Assembly: GCA_020891255.1 (NCBI GenBank)
Contig: BQFW01000001.1
Coordinates: 620,001-684,000 of the forward strand
Length of the DNA: 64,000 nt
DNA from: Entomortierella parvispora E1425
Taxonomy: Eukaryota; Fungi; Mortierellomycota
Reading direction: 5' to 3'
Numbering within the stretch: position 1 is the stretch's first letter; every line of letters starts with the position of its first letter. The translations under genes and the position numbers were made by a program. Positions 37,060-49,600 of this stretch are shown here, piece by piece. The notes under the pieces are model-generated. The model had not been told where the DNA came from. It saw only the letters and a program-made list of their open reading frames with translations, and did not search any database.

Positions 37060-38079
37060 CTATCTCAACTTGCTTCTTTCAACCGATGCGCGACATCTTC
37101 CTTGCTGGCATGCGTGGCATCGTTTTTTGTCGTGTCGCCAAGGTTCAGGGTCCAGGGTTTCGTCCTTCTCTCCATGAATCCAGCGGTCAATGCAGTTCAT
37201 CGCGATTGCGATATATTTCTCCAGAAAGAGCTCTGGTTCCACAAACTGGTTGCATCGAGAACACCTTTGTGAATGGCTCAAGGACCGATATCGCACAGGG
37301 TGCGACAGACCATCCGATCCAGCCGAGAACCAAAACTCTGTAAAGACCACAGAGGACGACCATGTTCGGGGACGATGAGGACGCAGGCGATCTTGGCAAC
37401 CGTTGTTGCAAGTGAAGAGGGCGCTCATGTTTCGGTGACGATGGTCGACGGACGACTGTGTTCCTTGAAGATCAGGGTCGTACACGAGCTTGTACCCAAA
37501 AGTGCAGGCGGCTTTGGCAAGTTCAGTATGGAGGTGATATCCATCGACCTCTTTACCATTATCAGAGCTGGTCTCAGCAACTTGAGCGGCCTTGCCGTTA
37601 TTGCTATCCTTTTTCCTTGTACTGCCTTGCTCGCTCTTTCCGGGAGATCCTGATTTAGAGGGAGAATTGGACTCGGATGACAAAAGCTTGCTCATCGTTT
37701 CAGAAATCGACCGCAAAGGACTGGCAACATCATCATGCGAGGAGGAAGAGGAATTGCATCCTACTTTGTCCGCTGTGCTGCGTCGACATCGTTCATTGTT
37801 GACCAAGGCGCGAGCCGAGCGTGGTAAGGGCACCAGATCTATCCTATTCAAGGACTTGCGGTCCATCTTGAGCAACATGTCCGTGAGCTCTTGTAGATCT
37901 TTTGGCATAGGGCGAGTGCCTGGGAATGTTTCTGCTCGGCAAGCTGGTAGGGTGGAGTAAAGAGCACTCGCGTTTGGAGGGGTAGCCCATTGGGACCATT
38001 GAAGGAGCGGAGCCAAGAATTTGTTGCTGCTGTTGTTCAGTCGGAGACGACTGGCATTCCTGAGGGTGAGGGAGATCAT
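37060..38079 (-). CDS. zf-3CxxC (RTP-like) zinc-binding protein with mitochondrial-presequence-like N-terminus
   Basis: ATG 38079. FTCNNGC...RTWSSSVVFTEFW...HSQRCSRC...HDKKRCHACQQGRC. The first ~45 aa are R/S/L-rich with no acidic residues. Confidence 0.8.
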   Translation of the reverse strand: MISLTLRNASRLRLNNSSNKFLAPLLQWSQWATPPNASALYSTLPACRAETFPGTRPMPKDLQELTDMLLKMDRKSLNRIDLVPLPRSARALVNNERCRRSTADKVGCNSSSSSHDDVASPLRSISETMSKLLSSESNSPSKSGSPGKSEQGSTRKKDSNNGKAAQVAETSSDNGKEVDGYHLHTELAKAACTFGYKLVYDPDLQGTQSSVDHRHRNMSALFTCNNGCQDRLRPHRPRTWSSSVVFTEFWFSAGSDGLSHPVRYRSLSHSQRCSRCNQFVEPELFLEKYIAIAMNCIDRWIHGEKDETLDPEPWRHDKKRCHACQQGRCRASVERSKLR

Positions 38080-38344
38080 GATGGAGAGAGGCAAAGGATA
38101 ACAAAAGGAAACAATGAGGGACCTTCCGCCTTTAGAGCCTGTCAGTCACCCACATCATGCTGATCAACGACCGCACGGACTGATACGATCTTTCGCCCAG
38201 GAGCAAAATTGAAAGTGGTGGCAACAAAAGGCAGTGCACTTGCAGGGAAAGTGGCTCTCCATAGGTGGATGATACCGGCCGATTGGGCTTACGACAGGAA
38301 GAACAACGTGTGGCAATTGTTGGCGCTTGCAGGTATTGGAGATC

Positions 38345-40257
38345 AGGCCAGTGGCAAAACGATGGGCAAGGTACAAGGTAGATCAGATAGGGAGGACAGG
38401 CAGGATGAACAGACACAATGTTCACCCATGATCCATGGAGATGGGAGATGGGTGCGTTGGCTCACAAGAATGAGGGCCAGAGGTCCACAGGACCAGAAGG
38501 ACAAAGAAGACAAAAGAAAAAAAAATGGAAAAATGGGCTCATTTCTTTGATCTTTGGGCGAAGCGCGTCCTCTTTGGTGTTCATTCTCCCCATCCCTCCA
38601 TTCCATCCCTCCATTCCTCCATCCTTCTTCCAGCATTCCATTCATTCATGCGCATGCATGCACATTTGCCTAGCATTCACTCCATCACTCCATCTCTCAG
38701 TCATTGACTCGATGCATCTCTTCATTCTCTTGCCATGGCGAGTTTGACAGCACTTGTGTAGACTACTGAGGTCCAAAGGAGCCGATCTCCTTCACAATGG
38801 TTGCCTTGACTGACTTATTCTCTTTCAGACAAAATCATTCACACATGATGAGTTTGACTTTAGTAGAGGGTCAAAGGATCTGAGGTTTATTCATTACCAA
38901 CTTTGTAAATTCGTTCTTATTTTTTTTTTTTTGAAGTCCTTTTTTTTTTTTTGGTCAGAATCAGAGAGAAATTAAAGAGAGAAAACAAGAATTTTAATAG
39001 AGAGCTTTAAAAGGGAGTACTATGGAAGTGGAAGAGAGCGCTTTGGAGGGGAAGAGGGTGCTATGGAAGTGGAAAAGAAGAGAAGTTTGTTATAGATGCT
39101 GACGACTGCGTGCCATCACCACATCCCACCGGGATCATGGATTTGTGGAAGAAACAAAGAGCAGTACCAAGTCCCCGATGTTCGCTGACGACTCTGGGCC
39201 ATCACCTCATCACATCGGCATCATGGATTACCGCCCACTATCCTAACTACACTAGGGCTAAACTAACTAGTCTAGAAGCGAAGGAAGGGGAACGGAAGAA
39301 AGGGACGTTTTCTCTCTTGATTCTTGATTCTTGTTTCTTGATTTTTTGTTTCTTGTTTCTTGGATGGGGGGCCCAAGACCAAAGAGGGCAGGGAGGCAAC
39401 TGCGTTTGAGAGGCAGGCCAGGCAGTCTTGTGGCCGAGGCAGGTCTTGTGGCCAAGGCAGATCTTGAGGGCCGAGGTCAAGCCATGAGAAGGCTGACAAC
39501 TTTGAGGCCGACGCTTGAGCTTGAAAGGGCAGGCAAGTTTCGGCCAAGGACTTGGAAAGGCAGGCAGGTTTGCGGCCAAAGACTTGAAAGGGCAGGCAGG
39601 TTTGCGGCCAGAGTCTTGGGAGGGCAGGCAGGTTTGCGGCCAGAGTCTTGAAAGGGCAGGAAAGGTGGGCCGGGGGATCAAGACCATCGAGACCGGGGCC
39701 AAGGAGGGCAGGACTGAAGCTGAAAAGCCGATGTCGTTGGACCGGGGACACTTGTTGCTGGCCGAGGGGAGGATGGCAGCATGGTGGTGTGTGCTTTGTG
39801 TGCTTTGTGTGTTTGGAAGGCGAGTGAAGAAGAAATGAAGGATGAGGAGCAAAAAAAGGAAGGGGATTGTGGGGGGGTATTTGTATGAAAAGTAATTAAC
39901 TTAACGACTGCGGCCCCTCCACATGAGGGAGGGGGGGGAAATCGATTGGTCCAAGGGTGAGAGAACAACGAAGGAAGGATGGCGATTGACCCGCCGAAAC
40001 AAGTGAAAGAAAAGATAGGCGACGAGCAGACGTTAACTTTTGGCGAGGAGTGGAAAATAAGGGAACTGGCTGCGCGTGGACGCGAGGTCAGACGCGCCAT
40101 TTGGCCATGGAGGATGAAAATAAGGGAATTGGCCGCGCGTGAACGGGTCATTTTTGCCATGGAGGATGAAAATGAGGTGGCGGATGGCGACGCGTTTTTG
40201 AAATTTGGTGAAATTCTGAAAAATAAGGATGGCTTGGCGGATGAAAACAAAACAACA
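38345..40257 (-). repeat. Unclassified interspersed repeat, copy A (~1.9 kb)
   Basis: Long collinear similarity to 52610-54396 (same orientation) and to 40307-41845 (inverted). Contains a ~31-bp GC-rich tandem array (~39526-39665), a ~60-bp repeat near 40060-40180, and a poly-T tract near 38915-38952. The left boundary is approximate. Confidence 0.85.
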
Positions 40258-40306
40258 CACTCAACTTGGGAGAGGTACGGCTTGCCTGCAGCAACCAGAA
40301 CAATCC

Positions 40307-41845
40307 ACTTTCATACAAATACCCCCCACGATCCCCCTCCTTTTTTTGCTCCTCATCTTCCATTTCTTCTTCACTCCCCTTCCACACACACAAAGCACAT
40401 AAAGCACACAAAGCACACACCACCATGCTGCCATCCTCCCCTCGGCCAGCAACAAGTGTCCCCGGTCCAACGACATCGGCTTTTCAGCTTCGGTCTTGCC
40501 CTCCTTGGCCTCGGTTCCAATGGTCTTGATCTCACGGCCCACCTTTCCTGCCCTTTCAAGACTCTGGCCGCAAACCTGCCTGCCTTTCCAAGTCCTTGGC
40601 CGAAACTTGCCTGCCCTTTCAAGCTCAAGCGTCGGCCTCAAAGTTGTCAGCCTTCTCATGGCTTGACCTCGGCCCTCAAGATCTACCTTGGCCACAAGAC
40701 CGCCTGGCCTGCCTCTCAAACGCAGTTGCCTCCCTGCCTTCTTTGGTCTAGGACCCCCCCATCCAAGAAACAAGAAACAAAAAATCAAGAAACAAGAATC
40801 AAGAATCAAGAGAGAAAACGTCCCTTTCTTCCGTCCCCCTTCCTTCGCTTCTAGACTAGTTAGTTTAGCCCTAGTGTAGTTAGGATAGTGGGCGGTAATC
40901 CATGATGCCGATGTGATGAGGTGATGGCTCAGAGTCGTCAGCGAACATCGGGGACTTGGTACTGCTCTTTGTTTCTTCCACAAATCCATGATGCCGATGG
41001 GATGTGGTGATGGCACGCAGTCGTCAGCATCTATAACAAACATCGGGGGACTTGGTACAACTCACTTTGTCCCTTCCACAACTATTTTTTTCTTCGAAAC
41101 TTACCTTTTCTCCTCTTCTTTTCCACTTCCAAATCACTCCCTTCCCTTCCAAAGCACTCTCTTCCACTTCCATAGTCCTCCCTTTTAAAGCTCTCTATTA
41201 AAATTCTTGTTTTCTCTCTTTAATTTCTCTTTGATTCTGACCAAAAAAAAAAAAAAAAAAACTACTTTACAAAGTTGGTGATGAATAAACATTAGACCAT
41301 TTGTCCCGCCACTAAAGTCAACCTCATCATGTGTGAATGATCTTGTTTGAAAGGGAGTAAGTCAGCCAAGGCAACCATTGTGAAGGAGACCGGGTCTTTT
41401 GGACCTCAGCAGTCTGCACCAGTGCTGTTAAACGCGCTGTGACAAGAGAATCGAGAGATGCATCGAGTCAATAACTGAGAGATGGAGTGATGGAGTGAGT
41501 GCAAGGCAAATGTGCATGCATGCGCATGAATGAATGGAATGCTGGAGGAAGGATGGAGGAATGGAGGGATGGAATGGAAGGATGGAATGGAGGCATGGGG
41601 AGAATGAACTCCAAGGTGGGCGCGCTTCGCCCAAAGATCAAAGAAAAGAGCCCATTTTTTTTTTTTTTTTGGTCTTCTTTGTCCTTCTTTGTCCTTCTGG
41701 TCCTATGGACCTCTGGCCCTCATTCTTCTGAGCCAACGCACCCACCTCTCATCTCCATGGAACATGGTATCTGTTCATCCTGCCTGCCCCCGCTCTCTGG
41801 TCCACAGCATATATAGCCCATCGTTTTGCCACTGGCCTAATCCCT
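40307..41845 (+). repeat. Unclassified interspersed repeat, copy B (inverted, truncated)
   Basis: Reverse complement of ~38345-39892; lacks the segment equivalent to 39893-40257. Confidence 0.85.
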
Positions 41846-43632
41846 AATAGCTCCAAGGACCAACAACGGCCACATAGGCTCGAGGTTGTCTCTTCCTGTC
41901 TTTGACCCAACCATTCTTTTATTTTTCTCTGTGCCCTCAAACTAATATGATCTGTCGGTTCGCAAATGATGATTCATCATCTATTATGATCTTTCATAAA
42001 GCCCTGGTGGTTTTGCAAAGTGGCAGGTGTCAATTGATGCAATTGCCATGGCCGACAAGAGTTTGAAGATTAGAAGGCAAAGAGTCCATTCAGTTCTTTG
42101 TATGGAAACAAAGAGTTGTCGAAACATCACAACCTCGCTGGAGATTGCTGTTTTTTTTTTTTTCTTTTTTTTTTCTGCATCTCTTTTGTTCTGATTCTTG
42201 TTTGCATTTCTTGTGGGTGGGCTGTCCTATGGGAAGAGAGGGCATCATCCATGGTCTTTCTCGGCTTTCACTGCGCTTCCAGAATTCAAGTGCAGTGGAA
42301 GCAGCGTTGATACCAGATGAAGGACCTTACCTCTGCATCTTGTTGTCTGGTCTGTGTCTGCAGAATGTCAATTTGATGTTCCAATACATGCAAAGATGAA
42401 GGCAAGATAATTATAGCGGTGTATGACTTAGGTTGTCTGGCTATGCCTTGATGTCTAATGATTGTCGTCGGAGAGCCATCCACAATTGTTTAGAGATGGT
42501 GATAGCTGCTGTAGATTAAGGCAGTTGATTTCAAAGCGACGTCTCTCTTGGAGCGGCACTTCATACCGTGTTCGCTAATGATTGTTGATCGGCGACGGTG
42601 GCAATGCGCCAATTGATGCCCTTTCATCCCATGTTGTGGTATAGAGGGTTGATGTTTGAGTGGCATCCACTATTGTGCTCTTGTGTTGCCGGTTCTTCTC
42701 GGCCAAGTGGGAATAAGCGGCGACGAGAGATAAAATGACGCCCAGATTCCTGCATCCAGAGATGTTGGTTTAATTTATGATGAATGAGCGGTTCTCGGTA
42801 TCTGTTGTTGGGCTCCTCCGTAACTGGATTTCAAGTCTTGGCGTTGATGATGCCGAGAAACAGGAGAAGCTTTGATTCAGCGTATCTGATGAGGATGGGT
42901 GGGTACAAGAATGACGGAAGACGGGGTGGTATCCGTAGCTGTGCCTTCACGCTATAAGACTTGGGGCTGTGGTGTTGATGATGATGACTGATAAACTAAT
43001 CGCCAGTGGTTCTGTATCCAATTAGAATGGGTGAATGCAAGATAGCTGGACAGTATGCATTGACAGAATGATGTTGACATGGCGCAGATTGGATGGATGC
43101 TGCCGCCAGAGTTGGAATTATTGCCTCCTTTGTTCGGACCAGATCATGACTTCCTGTTCTAGAAGTTGTTGGAAGACGTTTCTTGTGGTCGTAAGCCATA
43201 GGGCTGACTGAGGGACGGGGTACGTCCTTCTTGGGGAGACACTTGCCCTGCCAGAGTAGTTCCATTCGTTGGCCGTTGATCCGGGCTGCCAGTTCCCCCC
43301 GACGTTGCTCGAGGGGATAGTCAGGGCAAGTTTGCTGGTTTCAACAAATGAACCCGACTTCGACCGTGCACAAAGAGGACAAAAAAAAAAAAAAACTCAA
43401 AATGGGCAAGCACATCCCACGTGGTTTATCCGCCATTGATCCCCGCTTCTCATCTTCTCAAGTCTCCAACAGGACTTTTTCATTCCCCTGGTCTCCCCAA
43501 GAGCCAATTCCAAGTCGGATGTAGGTGAATGATCGGAGGGTTTGTGAACAGTTTTCTCTTTGACCTATGTTTATAAGGGTGTTTTCAAAAGTAAAAGGGG
43601 GAGTGTTTGTGATCAGTTTTGTCTTTATTTTT

Positions 43633-46600
43633 TCAAGTGAAATTTGAAAAATCCAATGCTTTCTGTTGAGCGGCCTTAAAGATAGCCGATATAGTATCTA
43701 GCCTGGAGCCACCATTGGGAGATATCTGTATTTGCAGCCCGCCTTGCTCCGTGCAGCAATGCAGTCCGTTGTCATATACCTGTAAGGACATGACATGACT
43801 GAGACTGTAGAGAAGCAGGTGATACTTAAAAAGACGATCTATCTCATCTTCTGATAGGAACAGCAGTGCGCAGAATACCGAGGGAATATGGCTTTCAAGG
43901 GTTTCTGAAGCATGATTTCTATATCTCCTACTGTCATCAAGTGCTGCGATAAGAGACCGGATGGCCGATTCCGGCAACGAAGACTGCTTGTCTAATGCCC
44001 CAGCTGCTGAAGACCTGACATGACTATTGTCATCCTTGAGTGCGGCGATGAGAGACTGGATGGCTGATTCCGGCAATGAAGACATATTGCCTAATGCCTC
44101 TGCTGATAAAGACCTGACATTGCTATCGTCATCCTTGAGTGTGGCGATGAGAGACCGGATGGCCGATTTCGGCAACGAAGACTGCTTGCCTAATGCTGAT
44201 GCTGATAAAGACCTGACATTGCTATCGTCATCCTTGAGTGCGGCGATGAGAGACTGGATGGCCGATTTCGGCAACGAAGACTGCTTGCCTAATGCTGATG
44301 CTGCTGAAGACCTGGCATTGCTATCGTCATCCTTGAGTGTGGCGATGAGAGACCGGATGGCCGATTTCGGCAACGAAGACTGCTTGCCTAATGCTGAAGC
44401 TGATAAAGACCTGACATTGCTATCGTCATCCTTGAGTGTGGCGATGAGAGACCGGATGGCCGATTTTGGCAACGAAGACATATTGTCAAATGCCCCAGCT
44501 GCTGAAGACCTGACATTGCTATCGTCATCCTTGAGTGTGGCGATGAGAGTCTGGATGGCTGATTCCGGCAACAAAGACATACTGCCTAATGCCTTTGCTG
44601 ATGAAGACCTGACATACCAATCGTTATCCTTAAGTGCAGCGATGAGAGACTGGATGACTGATTCAGGCAACCAAGACCGCCTGCCTAATGCTGATGCTGC
44701 TGAAGACCTGACATTACTATCGTCATCCTTGAGTGCGGTGATGAGAGACTGGAAGGCTGATTCCGGCAACAAAGACATATTGTCAAATGCTGATGCTACT
44801 GAATACCTGACACCCCAATCGTCATCTTTGAGTGAGGTGATGAGAGATTGGATGGCTGATTCCGGCAACAAAAACAGCTCGCCTAATGCCTCTGCTTCTG
44901 AAGACCTCCTGCCTAATACCTCTGCTGCTAAAGACCTGACATCACTATCGTCATCCTTGAGTGTTGCGATGAGAGACTGGAAGGCTGATTCCGGCAACGA
45001 AGACATATTGCCTAATGCCTCTGCTGCTGAAGACCTGACATTTTTATCGTCATCCTTGAGTGCGGTGACGAGAGACTGGAAGACTGATTCCGGCAACGAA
45101 GACTGCTTGTTTAATGCAAATGCTGCTGAAAACCTGACATCCCAATCGTCATCTTTGAGTGAGGTGATGAGAGACTGGACGGCCGATTCCGGCAACGAAG
45201 ACTGGTTCCCTAATGCCTCTGCTGCTGAAGACCTGACATCGCCATTGTCATCCTTGAGTGTGGCGGTGAGGGAAAGGATAGCTGGTTCAGGCAATGAAGA
45301 CTGCTTGCCTAATGCTGATGCTGCTGAACCCCTGACATACCAACAGTCATCTTTGAGTGAGGTGATGAGAGACTGGATGGCCGATTCCGGCAACGAAGAG
45401 TGCTTGCCTAATATCTTTGCTGCTGAAGACCTGACACCGCCATTGTCATCCTTGAGTGTGGCGGTGAGGGAAAGAATAGCTGGTTCAGGCAATGAAGACT
45501 GCCTGCCTAATGCTGACGCTGCTGAATACCTTACACGGCCATCGTCATCTTTGAGTGAGGTGATGAGAGACTGGATGGCTGATTCCGGCAACAAAGACAG
45601 CCCGCCTAATTCCTCTGTTGCTGAATACCTTATATTTTTATCATCATCCTTGAGTGCGGTGACGATTGACTGGATGGCAGATTTCGACAATACAGATCGC
45701 GATCCTAAAGTGCGTATGAAGGAGGCTTTGTTGGAATGCCCGGAACTTATAGCTTCAACTAGAAGTTTCTCAGGGAACGACGGCTGACTCCCTAGAGTGC
45801 TTCCAGAGAACCGACCTTGACGCATACGTATCTCCAAGTTTAGCCACCCTGCAAGCTCTGAATCATATGCTGCCATGATTCTTGGGTCCAATTGAGCCCG
45901 CGCCTCATTAAGGCACGAGACCAAGATCTGCTGGTGGCGTCCTCCAATCAAATCCCATGGCTCCCCTTGCAGAAGTTCGAAAAACTTGGCCAACGGGTTT
46001 CCGCCTAACAACCCTGCCACCATCGACCATACAATCTCATACTGAGGGTTATATTTGTGCCGGTGAACAAAGGCTGTCATTTCCTCTGTAGTCATCATTC
46101 CAGCCGAGGAGCATGATTTCTGAGGTTGAAAATGGCGCACTATCCATGTTGCCGCGAAATATTCTTGGAACGTCAGATGCAAAAAATGCCAGGCTTGCCG
46201 AACACTACCCTTCTTGGGATCCATGTCTGAGTCAGCTGAATGCAAGAATGACATCTTTTTCATGACTTCGACGAGATGGGTAGGTGAAGGCTGTTCATTA
46301 TTTGCTGCAGAGCTCTTGAGATCTCGGAATGTAGATCGTAGGTCTCTTTCCTCAAATTCAATCTGGTGATGGTTGGTCATCCCTTTGAAGGCGAGATATC
46401 CAAGATACTGCAGCTCAGTTGCCATCAAGTCGTCGATTTCTTCTGGTTCATAATCGTGAATTTGTCGCGCAGTCAGCGGTATTCCATCATCAATCTTGTT
46501 GAGCCGAAGTGCATCCTTGCACCAGAGTTTCCGCACCATCAATTGATACAGCCCGGTCATCGTGACTGCCATGCCTTCTGTTGGCAGTGAATTCCAGCTG

Positions 46601-49600
46601 AAGCAGATCACGTCCAGTTGGACAGGGATATTGACGAGTCCTTGAATCAATGGTGTTCGTTGAATGAACTCTTGGACAGTCCTCGCTGGATCAGGATCGA
46701 GCACCTTGACCACAAAGTCTTCGATATTCTGCGGACTGAATCCAATAGTTTCCAATTCGAGATCAATTTTCGGTAATAGTCCGACGTCCAGTCCGGAAGG
46801 TCTTGAGGTGATGATGACATGTTGCTGACTAAGCAGCACCTTCAAGAATGTTCTGAAGGTGTTACCTTCGTCTCCTCCAGCCTCTGCCACAATCTCATCC
46901 AGACCGTCCAAGATGAATAGAACGGTGCCTTTCTTAGCGCAGGTAGCAACAGCCTTGGCCAAATCTGCCTGTTCGTGATCGAGGTATTGAGAGATGAAAA
47001 CTCTATCACGAAGGAGTCCTTCCAGGGTGCGACTCTCGAGTCCCCTGAGATGTCGCAGTGGAATCCAGAGCACTGTTTCGAACAGATCTCTCCACAGTCC
47101 ATTCTGGTATGCATGAACGAGTTTCTTGCACAATGTCGATTTGCCAATGCCTGCTCGTCCTTGGACCAAGATCCTTTTAGGAACATCCTTCCTACCATCA
47201 CGTAACTGGCGCTTGTTGAAAAGCTGATCCAGAGGGATTAATGAGTCGGTGTTTGTATTTCGCACCCCTTCGCCACTGGGCATCCGGTGGAACATAGCCG
47301 CCTGTATTTTAAGGTCTTCCTTTTCCTTTTGCCGATGCTGTGGTGCCTCCACAATTGCGAGATTGACAAAGCATGATCCCAGATCCAACTTCTCCCCTGA
47401 AACTCGGAGGATATGCAGGGTGGGTTCGTGATAGTTCTTGAGAGCCGATTGAATGTCACTCAAAGTTGCGACTCGACGGGCGTCTGGTAGGTTCTCCAAT
47501 TTTGCATCCCTACGTTTTTGATTCTGAACAGTCTTCAACAGTCTAAACTTTGAGGTGGGGCGAGTCTCCGGATCCGCAAATTTGGTGCTGATCCAAATTG
47601 GCGAATGTAGATCGGCAAAAGGTTTTAACTTTGTATTTTGCCTTTTCATATCTTCCAATATTGACTTGGCGGCTATGAAAGGAGCGGTGGAAAGCAATTG
47701 CATTAGTGTAAGAAGCATTTGGTATGTTATTGGTTAACAGTCATGGGTATAGGACCGTTACTCCAGATTGACATACCCTCAAAGTGCGTGTCATTTCGGT
47801 AAGCCACGTTGGTGAGTACGTCAAAGATGACCTGATCAACTTCCTTTTGACGATCCCAAAGTTTAGTGTCTCTGTAGAGTGCTCCAAGGAAATCAATTGC
47901 CTCCTGTCGTGCCTCTAGACTCCATTGGGTATCAGCTATAAACTGTCCGAGCAATTGGCAGATCCCCCACTGAAACATGAGTTGATGTCGGCACTTTGAG
48001 GTAACCACTACGGCCTTGAAATGCACCAGTCTTCCCGTCTCAATAAACCATCCAGCCATACGAACAGCACGGTACCAGTCTCTCTTGAATTTGAGACCTT
48101 CCTTCTTCGTAAATGTAAATCCTTCGCCTTCTCTGGGAGTCTCCAAAGCCATTTTGAGCATCCTGGTGGCTCCTTTGCCAATGTCGTAGAGTCGTTCAAC
48201 ACTCTCGAGTGTATCCTTTAGTTGCTGCGGATTATTGACTTGAGCTAATCCTGCGCCTACTCTCAATACGAGCCATAGTCGTCTGACCCCTGCATGCCAC
48301 GAATCCTCGTCATCAGACACATATAGAAGTGCCTGCGTGGCGTACTTGGCTTGGAATACCAAGTAAGGATCCTTTTTTGACTCTGACTCTCGAAGAAAAT
48401 CCGTCAACGGCTCATGGAGGTTGATACGGTCGACATCCCCAATATGAGAGACCATCATTGCATCCAAAATTCGTGAAATTGCGAGAAATTGGCGATATTG
48501 ATAGGCTGTTGAATGGGTCGACCGAAGGCGTGTATGCAGGCACCGAAGAATGGTCACAAGGTCGTCCGAGTCGATGGATCCTGGAGCAGCACCCTGAATT
48601 ACCTTGACCAGTCCATCCAGCGAATGCAAATGTAGAATCTGTGATCCGTTCACAGTGTCGATGAAGGTCTTGATGAGAAACCGAGAGTGCTCTTCATTGA
48701 GCACTGGGGCCAATTGGATAACCTCGGCAATGGTAGAAGCATCCTTCATAGTGTCCATCGCAAATGACTCTATGACTCCAAAGGACAAGCCCGCCAAGCG
48801 ATCCTTCTCATCCGTGTTCTTCAAGGTGTCCAACCGCCACTTGAGAGCATTAGGAGTGAGATCAGTCTCTTGAACTGACGGGTTCAGCAATGCGAGGCAA
48901 TAGGCGAGCTGACGGGTTGTTTGTAGTGGCTCTCCTAGACCAGGCAACGGGCATATAATGAGCTCTGGATCGACATCCTTGTTAAAAAAAGGCATGCAAC
49001 CCAAGAACAAACTTGCCGTCAAGACTGAGATGTCTGGTTGAGAGAAGGGAGGCGGCGGTTGCTGAGGAGTAAAGGCAGCGCTGACAGATGTGGCAGCATG
49101 AGGGGTGGAAGTGATCGTTGTGGGGGTAGTGTTCCCTGTCGACGCTGTGGAATTCCAATGAATTGCAGCCCCTTGAGAAGATGGCAGAGAGGCTCCTGAT
49201 CCCACTGAAGATGGCGCCATTGCCGCTGTATAAGACTTGATCCTCTTATTGAGTTTTAGCCTAAGAAAATACAACGTCAGTGTGGTTACAAAGCCTTACG
49301 GACACTGCCTCTTTAACAATGCTGGACAGGGACAAGGATAAACTACCTCAGGTCGCTTGCACTCTTTCTACATTTGACTGCTCTCCACTGTAGCTGCTCT
49401 CCTGAGTTATCCAGAACGTTGGCGAGGTCTTCAAACGCTGTAATCGTCTCTTCCAGAGTAGAACGATCGATTTTCTCAATGGCGCCGACTTGTTTGAGGG
49501 CGTTTTGCAGCCCGATAGTGTTCCAAGACTTCAACTTCAGAGCCTCTGGATCTTCGAGCCCTATCCGTGCTAATGGTTGCCTGCATCAAGGCATCTTGAG

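Noticed and set aside
39080-39240. Hammerhead ribozyme in the repeat (CTGACGA occurs twice)
   Set aside because: I could not build stem II closing onto a nearby GAAA, or stems I/III around a cleavage triplet.
39110-41043. Long ORFs (100-290 aa) inside repeat copies A, B and C
   Set aside because: Frames shift between copies with indels and unit-number changes; they are low-complexity and match no recognisable domain.
43930-45690. CRISPR-like or non-coding repeat array
   Set aside because: The units are contiguous, in-frame coding repeats with no unique spacers, in a eukaryotic gene.
44027-45787. 586-aa antisense ORF over the HEAT array
   Set aside because: It coincides with the 93-bp repeats and starts at TTG. 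A stop-free antisense frame in one unit propagates through the whole array, so it is most simply a shadow ORF.
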